21,830 nt of DNA, taken from assembly GCA_964493715.1 (NCBI GenBank), contig CAZBPC010000054.1, positions 1 through 21,830 on the forward strand, written 5' to 3'. Under the pieces are notes generated by a model, which was not told where the DNA came from, searched no databases, and worked only from the letters and a program-made list of their open reading frames with translations. The position numbers were made by a program, and so were the translations under genes. The stretch comes from an uncultured archaeon. Its GTDB lineage: Archaea > Asgardarchaeota > Lokiarchaeia > Sigyniarchaeales > SOKP01. This document shows positions 1 through 9,152 of this stretch, piece by piece. Each line of letters opens with the position of its first letter. Position 1 is the stretch's first letter.

Positions 1-932
1 CCAAAAGCTTCAGTGCAAAAAGTTGGCATCAATGTGATTTTAGAATTTTGATATAATTTGTCTAAATCTCTTCCGGTAACTCTTTCTATATTTAAAATTT
101 TAGCAATATATTTAGGAGATTTTAGTTTTGGTAATATTTTGCCAACAATTAAGATTTTATAATTAGCTGGAATTCTTTTAGAAAGGCTTAATACAAATTC
201 TAAACCTTTCGGGGCCGCATCAGATTTGGGTATTAAAAATAAGATATGATTTTCTTTTTTCAAATCTTTAGGAATGTCTTTCCTCATTATAGGTGTAATA
301 TTCATTACTTTTATTGTATTAGGATTTAAATTTGAGGAAAGGATAGATTTCATTAGGTTAGATGCAACAATATTAATTGTAGCATGTTTAAATAAATAGA
401 GATTAAAGCGAGCGACATAATACCGTGCTTTGTATCCTAAAGTTGTTAAAATCGAACTTAAAGTAAATCTCCAATTGGTAGGTTTATTGCCAATGATTTC
501 TCTTAATGTTCTCCATCTATTTATACAATCAATACAAACTTTTTTGTTTTCTATCCCTTTACATGCGATTCCATAATTAAAAATATCAACATTCTTAGAA
601 CAGATCAGATTTGTATCTCTTATAATGTTTATAACTGGAACTTTAGTCAGTTTCCCTGCAATTATTGTTGGAAGCGACAATCCTGTTTGAACTAATATGA
701 TTTGAGGTCTATGTTTTTTGATGGCTCTAAAAATCTTTGGAATTAAGGTATAATAACCTATTCCAAATAAATTATAGATTTTACGTAGCTTTTTATCTAT
801 ACCAATCAATAAGCGTTCTATTTGGTGTTTATCAGATGACTGTAGACCCTCTATTATCTTTAAAAAGCTTTTTTCGGCCCCCCCAATAGATTTTTTATTA
901 TAATTATAACTTATTGCTAAGATCCTAACGAT
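1..932 (-). CDS. GT-B fold glycosyltransferase, family 4 (3' end runs off the window)
   Basis: Not in the ORF track; translated by hand. The frame is open from 935 to base 1: IVRILAISYNYNKKSIGGAEKSF...PQIILVQ...PVINIIRD...PKGLEFVL...ILIVG...LMPTFCTEAFG. GGAE and EAFG are GT4 motifs. No in-frame ATG/GTG/TTG precedes the N-terminal strand, so the start is placed at ATC 932 (uncertain). Confidence 0.85.
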   Translation of the reverse strand, partial: MVRILAISYNYNKKSIGGAEKSFLKIIEGLQSSDKHQIERLLIGIDKKLRKIYNLFGIGYYTLIPKIFRAIKKHRPQIILVQTGLSLPTIIAGKLTKVPVINIIRDTNLICSKNVDIFNYGIACKGIENKKVCIDCINRWRTLREIIGNKPTNWRFTLSSILTTLGYKARYYVARFNLYLFKHATINIVASNLMKSILSSNLNPNTIKVMNITPIMRKDIPKDLKKENHILFLIPKSDAAPKGLEFVLSLSKRIPANYKILIVGKILPKLKSPKYIAKILNIERVTGRDLDKLYQNSKITLMPTFCTEAF

Positions 933-1275
933 TTGTCATCACTCTGAATAGTAGTTAATATCTTAAATTCAAAATTTCATAAAAATCTTTTTTTTTTTGC
1001 TACTTTCGACATTTATTTTACCACTATTTCTCAATTTAAATAATTCAATTCAGATCCAACCACCCAAATTGTATTTGGAAATCTTATAATCTTGAAAATG
1101 ATAACATTAATGGATAGTGTTTCAGAATTATCGATTATATCTCATTAAATTTATGAAATCCTTCTTTTTTTAATTTAAATTTTAAATTATTTTTCTTTAA
1201 AATTTTAATTGGTTATTAAAACTGTCCTTCTTTGTTAATAATTAATTTAAAATAAAATAGAATATAATTAATCTC

Positions 1276-2427
1276 ATGGATAACCTAATTCCAATTGAAG
1301 AGGTTCTGGAAACTAATCCTCGCGTGCAAGAACTCGAGAAAGAAGGATATATTATAACTCCTGAGAATATTAATCAATATATTGAATCTTTTAAAGACAG
1401 AAAGTCTGCAAAACCGAATCCAGATTATTGGAAAGAAAAGAGAGTCTTAATAACGGGTATTGGTGGATTTGCTGGGAGTCATTTGGCAGAACAATTAATA
1501 GGCTTAGGTTGTGAAGTTCATGGTACGATAAGACGTCATGCAGTTCCAATGCATGAAAATATTGAACATCTTAGAGGTCATATTACTTTACACGAAGCAG
1601 ATATTACAAGTGCTGAACGGATATATGCAATATTCGATGAGATAAATCCTCATGCTGTGTTCCATTTAGCTGCGGAATCTTTTGTACCCACTTCGTTCAG
1701 AGAACCAGTAAGGGTTATAACAAATAATATTGTAGGTACAATGAAAATTTTTGAAGCTGCTCGTAGATTTGGAGAAGATCTTGAAAGTATTCAAGTAGCG
1801 TGCAGTAGTGAACAATATGGTCTCGTAAATCCTTCTGAAGTACCGGTTACTGAAGAAGAAAAGAAAAATCCCTTCCGTCCTCGGAGTGTTTATGGTATAA
1901 CAAAAGTCTCAACAGAACAAATTGCATTGCTATATCATAATTCCTATGGCGTCCCTTCTGTTATCACACGAGGATTTAATCACGAAGGTCCAAGAAGAGG
2001 TATTCAATTTGTTACTAGTGTAGTACATAGACAAATTGCTGAAATTTTAGCTGGAAACCGTAAAAAAATAGTTATAGGAAATCCAAATGCTATTAGGGAT
2101 TTCACACATGTCAAAGATACAGTAAATGCATATGTTCTTCTTAGTGAAAAGAAAATTTATGGAGATCCATTCAATGTATGCTCAGGAATGGGGATATCAA
2201 TAGCAAATTATGTATCTTTAGCTAAAAAAACGTATAATATTGATGTAGGCGTATTTGTAGATCCTGATAGATTACGACCTAGTGAAGTTCCTCTTTTAAT
2301 CGGTAGAAATGAAAAAATTAAAAACAAAATTGGTTGGTATCCAACTAGAACTATTATAAATATAATACAAGAAGGAGTTAAATATTTTCAAGATCATCCA
2401 GAACAATTAGGAATTGAAGCCCATTAA
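1276..2427 (+). CDS. gmd: GDP-mannose 4,6-dehydratase-like extended SDR (nucleotide-sugar dehydratase)
   Basis: VLITGIGGFAGSHL Rossmann motif, HLAAESFVPTSF, SSEQYG, YGITK (YxxxK), FNHEGPRRG-FVT and RPSEV-LL-G all match Gmd. The related reductase Rmd is not fully excluded. There is an N-terminal extension of about 50 aa. Confidence 0.8.
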   Translation: MDNLIPIEEVLETNPRVQELEKEGYIITPENINQYIESFKDRKSAKPNPDYWKEKRVLITGIGGFAGSHLAEQLIGLGCEVHGTIRRHAVPMHENIEHLRGHITLHEADITSAERIYAIFDEINPHAVFHLAAESFVPTSFREPVRVITNNIVGTMKIFEAARRFGEDLESIQVACSSEQYGLVNPSEVPVTEEEKKNPFRPRSVYGITKVSTEQIALLYHNSYGVPSVITRGFNHEGPRRGIQFVTSVVHRQIAEILAGNRKKIVIGNPNAIRDFTHVKDTVNAYVLLSEKKIYGDPFNVCSGMGISIANYVSLAKKTYNIDVGVFVDPDRLRPSEVPLLIGRNEKIKNKIGWYPTRTIINIIQEGVKYFQDHPEQLGIEAH

Positions 2428-2573
2428 ATTTTTATTTTATCCACTTTTCTAATAACTAAATTTTTGTATTTATCATCATAATCTTTAGCTTATTTACTGA
2501 ATTGAGCTGTTGAATTATTAAAATTCTCAACAAAATTATTGGTTCTAAGAAACCAAGGATTATCTTTAGAATT

Positions 2574-3248
2574 TTGCATAAAATTAGTCCATTGAAAAGA
2601 ATGTATTATATTATTAAATCAGAGATAATTAAGAAGATATCTTTAAAACAGCCCCCATATAGTTTACAGATTCATAATAAGATAATAAGTACATCATGGG
2701 ATCCCATTAGATATGGAACAATCGCTTTAGCAATAAATACTATTAAAAAGGAAAAACTACATGGTCATTTTGCAGAACTGGGAGTATTTCAAGGAAACAC
2801 TAGTAAAATAATCCATCAATTAGCACCTGAAAAAAAATTATATTTATTTGATACATTTGAAGGTTTTCCAGTAGAATTTTTAGAAAACAAAGGAGATTTA
2901 AACAGATTTAAAAATACTCAATTAAAATCGGTAAAAGAAAATATTGGTAATTTAAACAATATAATCATACGAAAGGGAATCTTTCCTATGACTACAAAGG
3001 GTTTAGAATCTGAAACATTCGCTTTTGTATATCTTGATGCAGATCTATATAAATCTACTATAGAAGGGTTAAAATTTTTTTATCCAAGAATATCTAAAGG
3101 AGGGTATTTATTTATTCATGATTACCACAATCCACAAGAATCAAATGCTGGAGTTATGCGAGCTGTAAATGAATTTATGATAGATAAAATCGAAAAAATA
3201 TTAGAGATACCAGATGTACTGGGGTCAATAATAATAAGGAAACTTTAA
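2574..3248 (+). CDS. TylF/MycF-family SAM-dependent sugar O-methyltransferase
   Basis: Motifs G-FAELGVFQG, LYLFDTFEGFP, KG-F-T, FVYLDADLYKST, GG-LFIHDY and GV-RAV-EF. The TTG start at 2574 is uncertain; there is an in-frame ATG at 2601. Confidence 0.88.
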   Translation: MHKISPLKRMYYIIKSEIIKKISLKQPPYSLQIHNKIISTSWDPIRYGTIALAINTIKKEKLHGHFAELGVFQGNTSKIIHQLAPEKKLYLFDTFEGFPVEFLENKGDLNRFKNTQLKSVKENIGNLNNIIIRKGIFPMTTKGLESETFAFVYLDADLYKSTIEGLKFFYPRISKGGYLFIHDYHNPQESNAGVMRAVNEFMIDKIEKILEIPDVLGSIIIRKL

Positions 3249-3308
3249 ATATCTAAGTCTGAATTGATGCGAAATCTTCATTATAAGTTAAAATTCTTTT
3301 TTAATTTA

Positions 3309-3771
3309 ATGAGTGATCACAATGAATGTAAGGTTGTGTTTCAAATAACTATTGATGCATTAAACCTTAAACATTTGAAGGGTTATGGTTATGATCGAAA
3401 TACTGCCCCCTAATTTAGAGAAATATATTCAAAAAGGCTCTACTTTTTTTACTGATGAATATGTTTTTTCAGAGTGTTTCCAAAAAAATGGTTATTTGAA
3501 AAGAAATAATAAAGAAGGAGATAAACTAATCTCAATTAAAGCAAATAATTTTAAATACATATTTGATGAAGAGCAAGACCAAGAATTTCTTTTTGACATT
3601 CAAAGTGATCTAAGCGAAAAAAAAAATCTAATTAAAGATAATTGTCTAAAACTTACTGAATTTCGAAAAATTAAAGATGAGCATCTCCAAGAAGTAGTTC
3701 AGACTTCTGAAGAACAGTTAAAAATTTTAAGAGCAATCTCAACATTTAAAAATCACATAAAGGATATATAG
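3309..3771 (+). pseudogene. Sulfatase (alkaline phosphatase superfamily) pseudogene with a +1 frameshift and a large internal deletion
   Basis: 3309-3413 encodes MSDHNECKVVFQITIDALNLKHLKGYGYDRNTAP*, a sulfatase N-terminus (ITID...HL..YGY.R.T.P). It continues as NLEKYIQKGSTF in the next frame after the C5 run at 3406-3410, then jumps to the C-terminal motifs (ISIK-NNFKYI, EFLFDIQSDLSEKKNL). The catalytic C/S-x-P-x-R region is absent. Confidence 0.85.
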
Positions 3772-3773
3772 GA

Positions 3774-4502
3774 TTAGGATAAATTTAAAACCTGCTTTTG
3801 TATTTCAATTAATTCAGATATTCCTTTTTCTCCTATATCTAAAATTTCCTTTAAATTCTCTTTATTGAAGGGTGCACCTTCAGCGGTACCTTGAATTTCG
3901 ATAAGTTCCTGGTCTTCATTTTGTATAATATTAAAATCAACATCTACTTTCGAATCTTCGTCATAATTTAAGTCTAAAAACACCTTGTTATTTTTAATAC
4001 CCAGGGAAATTGCTGCAGTCACTTTATACTCAGGAAATGCATAAATCCGTTGATCGTTATAGAGATAGTTAATTGCATCAAAGACAGCAACGAATGCCCC
4101 TGTTATTGATGCACATCTTGTACCTCCATCTGCTTGGATGACATCACAATCGATTTTTATTGTCCGTTCACCTATTTTCTCGTAATTAAATGCAGCTCTC
4201 ATACTTCTCCCAATTAGTCTTTGAATTTCTTGAGTTCTACCCTTAATCCCTCTTTCTCTTTCTCTATTATTTCTCGTTTGTGTTGCTCTAGGAAGCATGT
4301 TATACTCTGCAGTTATCCAACCTGTCCCAGTATCGGCTAGAAATCTGGGTACTGACTCCACTACTGATGCAGTAACTATTACCTTAGTTCCTCCTTGAGT
4401 TATTAAAACTGAACCTTCAGGATATTTGAGATAATTCCTTTCAATAGTGGTTTTCCTAAGTTCATCAAGCTTTCTTCCATCAAGTCTTCCGTCTCCTAAC
4501 AT
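3774..4502 (-). CDS. rph: Ribonuclease PH, bacterial type (phosphorolytic 3'-5' exoribonuclease)
   Basis: GWITAEYNMLPRAT, GRTQEIQRLIGRS, DCDVIQADGGTRCASITG, LDLNYDEDS and EIQGTAEGAPF are bacterial RNase PH signatures. Confidence 0.93.
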   Translation of the reverse strand: MLGDGRLDGRKLDELRKTTIERNYLKYPEGSVLITQGGTKVIVTASVVESVPRFLADTGTGWITAEYNMLPRATQTRNNRERERGIKGRTQEIQRLIGRSMRAAFNYEKIGERTIKIDCDVIQADGGTRCASITGAFVAVFDAINYLYNDQRIYAFPEYKVTAAISLGIKNNKVFLDLNYDEDSKVDVDFNIIQNEDQELIEIQGTAEGAPFNKENLKEILDIGEKGISELIEIQKQVLNLS

Positions 4503-4638
4503 ATTTATCTTACCATTCTTTATATGATATTAATCCATGAGTTTAATACGATAATACGTTCAATTAATTGAAAGTTGTATTATTAAAATAGTTTTAGAAT
4601 AAGATTGAAATTCGATTAAAAGAATTTAATTTCTATCT

Positions 4639-5730
4639 TTAATTTGCTGGATAAGAGCCTAATATTTTTAGCCACACTACATTAGTTTCGATTAATTGTA
4701 GCGCTTCTTTAACATAATCATTATCTTTATCACCTTCAAAATCGACGAAAAATATATATTCCCACCGGACTTTTTTAAAAGGTCTTGATTCTATTTTTGA
4801 TAGATTAATCTTTGCTTCCGAGAAAATTTTTAATACCCAGTACAAAGCACCTGGTTCGTGCTTGGTGACAAATACAATAGAGGTTTTTATCTTTCCTTCT
4901 TTTATCAAGTTTTCAATTTTTGAAATTACCAAAAATCGTGTATGATTGGTGGTGTCATCTTCAATCATGGCATTGGCTACATCAAGTCCATAGATCTCAC
5001 TGGCAAATTCAGTTCCAATTGCAGCATAAGTAGGATCATTTAATTTTCTAACCCTTCTTATAGCTTCTGCTGTAGAACTTACATCTATCAAGTTTGCATT
5101 GGGTAAATTAGCCTTAATCCAAGAACGTGTTTGGGAGAAGGCTTGAGGATGAGAGAATATGTTTTGTATGTCATTTATATCGGCTCCTTTTAATGAAATT
5201 AAATTTTGGATGATTCTAAATTCAATTTCACCATAGATAATTAGATTTCGGTCAATCAATAAATCGAGAGTTTCTCGTACAGTTCCTTGAAGTGTGTTCT
5301 CAATTGGGACGACACCATATTCTATTTGTCCTTTCTCAATATTATCGAATATCTCACTTAAATCTTTAAAAGCAATGAACTCAGAACCTGCTTTAGGAAA
5401 AAATTTTAGTGCTGCTTCATGTGTGAAGGTTCCTATTGGGCCTAAATATCCTATCTTTGAAATTGTGTCTTGGATAACTTTACTAGCGCTAATTATTTCC
5501 TTCCATATAGCTTCAATACTCGACTTTTTAAATACCGTTCCTTTTCTTTTAATTCTATCAATGACTTCTTTTTCACGATGGGGTTGCGATACATTTAAGT
5601 TAAGAGCTTTCTTGATACTTCCAATTTTAATTGCGGTATTTCCCCTTTTATTAAGAAGATCTACCATTTGGTCATCAATATCATCAATTTTTTTCCTAAG
5701 ACTTTCAATCTCTTTCTCATCTTGCGTCAT
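4639..5730 (-). CDS. pheA: Bifunctional chorismate mutase / prephenate dehydratase (P-protein: AroQ-CM + PDT + ACT)
   Basis: N-terminal LRKKIDDID...LLNKR...RE (type II CM), YLGPIGTFTHEAA, GVVPIENT, SHPQAFSQ, NHTRF, and an ACT domain with INLSKIESRP...WEYIFFVDFEG. Confidence 0.95.
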   Translation of the reverse strand: MTQDEKEIESLRKKIDDIDDQMVDLLNKRGNTAIKIGSIKKALNLNVSQPHREKEVIDRIKRKGTVFKKSSIEAIWKEIISASKVIQDTISKIGYLGPIGTFTHEAALKFFPKAGSEFIAFKDLSEIFDNIEKGQIEYGVVPIENTLQGTVRETLDLLIDRNLIIYGEIEFRIIQNLISLKGADINDIQNIFSHPQAFSQTRSWIKANLPNANLIDVSSTAEAIRRVRKLNDPTYAAIGTEFASEIYGLDVANAMIEDDTTNHTRFLVISKIENLIKEGKIKTSIVFVTKHEPGALYWVLKIFSEAKINLSKIESRPFKKVRWEYIFFVDFEGDKDNDYVKEALQLIETNVVWLKILGSYPAN

Positions 5731-5760
5731 GCGATTTAGCTCGAATAATAATTTTATGAT

Positions 5761-7437
5761 TTACTTAATTTTTTCCAAATTTATCTCAAATGCAGATACA
5801 GGAAATTCTAATTTAAAATTTAAAATTACCTCAGGATGTAACTCCCCAATTTTTCCAACCTTATTACTGTTGATATAAATTTCTCCATATCGCCCATTGA
5901 TATATGTTGGATTGGTACTTGGTTTTATCTCATAATTTTCTTGAAGATTGAGTGATGTAATTATATAATCAACTACAGATCTTGCTTCAGTAAAATCAGC
6001 ATCCTTATGATATGTTACTCCTGTGAGATGAACGTCTCTTCTTGCTCCAGTTTCTTCTTCAGGAGCTAATACAATAACATCTCCTACTTCAAATATTCTA
6101 ATTGGTTTTTCTTCAGAACGATTCAAGCGTAGAGTGTCCATGATGTTAGGTAAAAGTGTTACCCTTGTTGTATCAAACTCATTTGAAACTGGATTTAATA
6201 TCTGAATTAAATTTTTTTCATCTTTCTCTTGATTCATGTAATTGAATTGTTTATCTGAGTTTGATAAAATGAAATTCACTACTTCTAAATATCCCGCACC
6301 AATCATTATCTTACGAATTTTATTGGAGAATTCATGAATATAATGGTAGTTTCCAATCCCACCATCATGTATTGTCAGTGGTAAATTTACATACCCATAC
6401 CCTATAGCACATTCCTCAGTGAAGTCAACAGGATGCATGATATCTCCCCGGTAGGAAGGAACCCAAATCTCCAAATACCCTTTTCGCTTTGCTTTATTAG
6501 CATTTAGTCTAACTTTTTGGAAGCACTTAATCATCTCTTCATCATTCAATTTTAAACCTAAAACATTGTTAATGTAATTAGTTCTTACCTCCCATTTTTT
6601 TGGATTAAAGTCAGGAGTTATTATATCTTTTCCTCCTTCATATTGAACTGTAACAGTTTCAATTTCTGCACCCATATCTGCTAATGTTGTTGAAAGTATA
6701 TTTAATGCTAAATTTACAGCTTGAAAATCAGTTCCGGTAAGATCTAAGAATAAATTCTTGGTTTCTTCGGTAACAGTCGTTAATTCTCCATTAATTATGG
6801 GTGGAAAAGACAAGACTTCATCGTTATTATCAAATATGATTGGGTAGAGCTCTTTCCCTTCCAAGATTTTAGCATATTCTATTCCTTTTTCGTGAAGAAG
6901 CAAAATTTCTTCAAGGTTCATTGGATAACCGTCTCCATGCAAAGGAGTAAAACTTACAGAATCGGGTTTAACAGCAGTGTATCTATAGGGTGGACTAACT
7001 TTATCCAAATCATGAACTCCTATCGCAACCTTCTTTCGATCCCTTCCTACTGCCCAATGAAGATGTTCTTGAATGGTCATAAGAGTGGCGACCTCATCCT
7101 CATCTAAATCAATATTTCTTACAACCCCACATACAATATAAGGTCTGACTTCTTTAACACTAGGATCCACCTTCATAACAATCTCACCAGAAGTGAGTTT
7201 AAAAATGGGAATTCCTAAATCAATCTCGTAATATCCTCTTAGAGCTCTTGCGATTCCTTCAGGACTGGAAAAGTCAGGTCTGTTTGGATTATATTCTACC
7301 TTAATTGATCGTTCTTCTTCATTAATATTTTCTAAATCCAAACTTATCCACTGTAAATCATATTCCAATTCTTTTATATCTAATTTTTTACCCACTAATC
7401 GCTCTAATCTATCTATCTTCAAGTCTATTGTTGGCAT
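5761..7437 (-). CDS. pheT: Phenylalanine--tRNA ligase beta subunit, archaeal/eukaryotic type
   Basis: MPTI start, NPNRPDF-S-EGIARAL, QEHLH...GRDRKKVAIGVHDLDK, VLSFPPIING, VPSYRGDIMHPVD. It is 558 aa and lacks the bacterial OB-fold and anticodon-binding domains. Confidence 0.96.
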   Translation of the reverse strand: MPTIDLKIDRLERLVGKKLDIKELEYDLQWISLDLENINEEERSIKVEYNPNRPDFSSPEGIARALRGYYEIDLGIPIFKLTSGEIVMKVDPSVKEVRPYIVCGVVRNIDLDEDEVATLMTIQEHLHWAVGRDRKKVAIGVHDLDKVSPPYRYTAVKPDSVSFTPLHGDGYPMNLEEILLLHEKGIEYAKILEGKELYPIIFDNNDEVLSFPPIINGELTTVTEETKNLFLDLTGTDFQAVNLALNILSTTLADMGAEIETVTVQYEGGKDIITPDFNPKKWEVRTNYINNVLGLKLNDEEMIKCFQKVRLNANKAKRKGYLEIWVPSYRGDIMHPVDFTEECAIGYGYVNLPLTIHDGGIGNYHYIHEFSNKIRKIMIGAGYLEVVNFILSNSDKQFNYMNQEKDEKNLIQILNPVSNEFDTTRVTLLPNIMDTLRLNRSEEKPIRIFEVGDVIVLAPEEETGARRDVHLTGVTYHKDADFTEARSVVDYIITSLNLQENYEIKPSTNPTYINGRYGEIYINSNKVGKIGELHPEVILNFKLEFPVSAFEINLEKIK

Positions 7438-7447
7438 GTGCTTTACC

Positions 7448-8989
7448 TCATTTGTGATAAGATTGTTGCCTTAACCATTTAATAGGATTTATATAAAAAT
7501 CTCTAATATCTTTTCGATCATAATATAACATTGCAATCCTCTCAAGACCTTGACCCCACGCTAAGACCCTTGTTGGTTCTTTAATTCCGAAAGGATATGT
7601 AACTTCAGGTCTAAATATTCCTGATCCTCCCATTTCTAACCATTCACCTAATTTATCATAATAAACTGATACTTCCATGCTTGGTTCAGTATATGGAAAG
7701 AATCCTGGTCTCGTGATAATCTTTTTAAAACCTAATTTTCGATAAAACTCCGAAAGTAAACCGATTAAGTCACACAAATTTACATTATCATCAATAACAA
7801 TTCCCTCAATTTGAGTAAATTCTGCTAAATGTGATTTATCAACTTTTTCATTTCGAAAAACGCGATCAACAGAAAATACTTTTATTGGTTTTTTATCAAT
7901 CTCGAGATAGTATTGTGCTAATTTCCGAACTGTGGTTGCTGTGGTGTGAGTTCTAAGGAGTGTCTTTTTAGCTATATTTTCATCCCATTTATATCTCCAT
8001 CCAGTTGAACCGCTTTCTCCTCCGTTTTCATGAGTGTTTTTAACAGCCAAGACTCTTTCTTTATCTGGTAATTTAGAGATCTTTGGGTTATCAAGATAAA
8101 AAGTATCGTGCAATTCTCGAGCTGGATGATCTTGTGGTTGATATAACGCATCAAAGTTGAAAAAGGCACTTTCCACGATTGGGCCCCTTATTTCAGTGAA
8201 GCCCATTGAAAGAAATACTTCACGAATTTCATTAATTAAATTAATTATTGGATGAATTTTTCCTGCTTTTAATAATGGACCTGGTTTTGTTACATCAAAT
8301 GCTTTTAATTCAACATCTTTCCAAGATCCCGTACTTAACATCTCTGAACTTATTTTGCTCACTTGTAGTAATTCTTCTATATCATCTAGATCAAGCTTCT
8401 TTCCTTTCTCTGTAAGAAATATTATTCTTTGGGTTTTTTGCGTTTTATTTATCAATTTACGTTTATTTAAAACATCAATAATAGTCAATTCATCTGGAGA
8501 TAATTCTGAATAATTTAATACTTTTTTTTTATTGAAAATATTAAGAAATTGTTCAATTTCCGTTTTTGGAAATTCTTCCGCCGTTAAAAAGATCATGCTC
8601 TCTCCACTCGCTTTACTTTGAGCAATCCACTTATTTTGTTTTAAATTAGAAAGGCCTATGTAGAATAAAGGTTTCTCCATTTTTGATAATTTTATAAATT
8701 TTTCGATCGAAATTTCTTTCAAATCTTGATGAATCATTATTTCAAGTAATTGGCGTTCAGGTAACCCTGATTTTAGATATGTCATCCCTTCTTTATTTAA
8801 TGATATATGATTAATTTCTTCTTCTTTGAAACCACCTAAATCATATGAAATTAAATCATTAATCGCAGACATTAAAACGACATAATCTATATTCAAGTCA
8901 TTAGCTAAATCTGACGCAATTATTAAACCCTGTTTCTCTCGCAAATTTTTTAAAATATCAATAACTTGTTTCCGAAGTATAATCTTCAT
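7448..8989 (-). CDS. pheS: Phenylalanine--tRNA ligase alpha subunit, archaeal/eukaryotic type
   Basis: FNFDALYQPQDHPARELHDTFY, LRTHTT, RVFRNE-VD-SHLAEF-QIEG, FFPYTEPS, EMGGSGIFRPE, WGQGLERIAM, plus the long N-terminal region of the archaeal/eukaryotic type. Confidence 0.97.
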   Translation of the reverse strand: MKIILRKQVIDILKNLREKQGLIIASDLANDLNIDYVVLMSAINDLISYDLGGFKEEEINHISLNKEGMTYLKSGLPERQLLEIMIHQDLKEISIEKFIKLSKMEKPLFYIGLSNLKQNKWIAQSKASGESMIFLTAEEFPKTEIEQFLNIFNKKKVLNYSELSPDELTIIDVLNKRKLINKTQKTQRIIFLTEKGKKLDLDDIEELLQVSKISSEMLSTGSWKDVELKAFDVTKPGPLLKAGKIHPIINLINEIREVFLSMGFTEIRGPIVESAFFNFDALYQPQDHPARELHDTFYLDNPKISKLPDKERVLAVKNTHENGGESGSTGWRYKWDENIAKKTLLRTHTTATTVRKLAQYYLEIDKKPIKVFSVDRVFRNEKVDKSHLAEFTQIEGIVIDDNVNLCDLIGLLSEFYRKLGFKKIITRPGFFPYTEPSMEVSVYYDKLGEWLEMGGSGIFRPEVTYPFGIKEPTRVLAWGQGLERIAMLYYDRKDIRDFYINPIKWLRQQSYHK

Positions 8990-9019
8990 GATTCTCTATC
9001 CATATGTAATACTATTCAC

Positions 9020-9059
9020 TATATAAATCTAAATTTTTAACCTATTTAAATCTTTTGTG
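9020..9059 (-). promoter_or_regulatory. Candidate BRE/TATA promoter elements upstream of pheS
   Basis: The minus strand reads CACAAAAGA-TTTAAATA (TATA at 9050-9043), with a second TTTATATA at 9027-9020. These lie 31-61 nt upstream of the pheS ATG. The AT-rich context makes the match weak. Confidence 0.4.
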
Positions 9060-9152
9060 GATAATTTAGCTTGAAATGCATCTATCTCGAACTAGAGAAG
9101 ATATTTGAATAGCAACTTGAGAAGATTTGGATTTTTTAACATAATAAGATTA

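Noticed and set aside
520-602. Cys cluster (C...C...CxxC) inside the glycosyltransferase
   Set aside because: Similar Cys-rich inserts are common in GT4-like N-terminal domains.
3385-3771. 128-aa ORF as an intact gene
   Set aside because: Its first codons are an out-of-frame reading of the sulfatase N-terminus; it is better explained as a pseudogene starting at 3309.
3774-4502. Exosome subunit Rrp41
   Set aside because: Only the N-terminal RLDGR resembles it; the diagnostic internal motifs are those of bacterial RNase PH.
5294-5878. 194-aa plus-strand ORF
   Set aside because: Antisense shadow of pheA/pheT with no recognisable motifs.
8986-9003. Five-codon uORF MDRES* overlapping the pheS start (ATGA)
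   Set aside because: It is too short to distinguish from chance and has no Phe codons.
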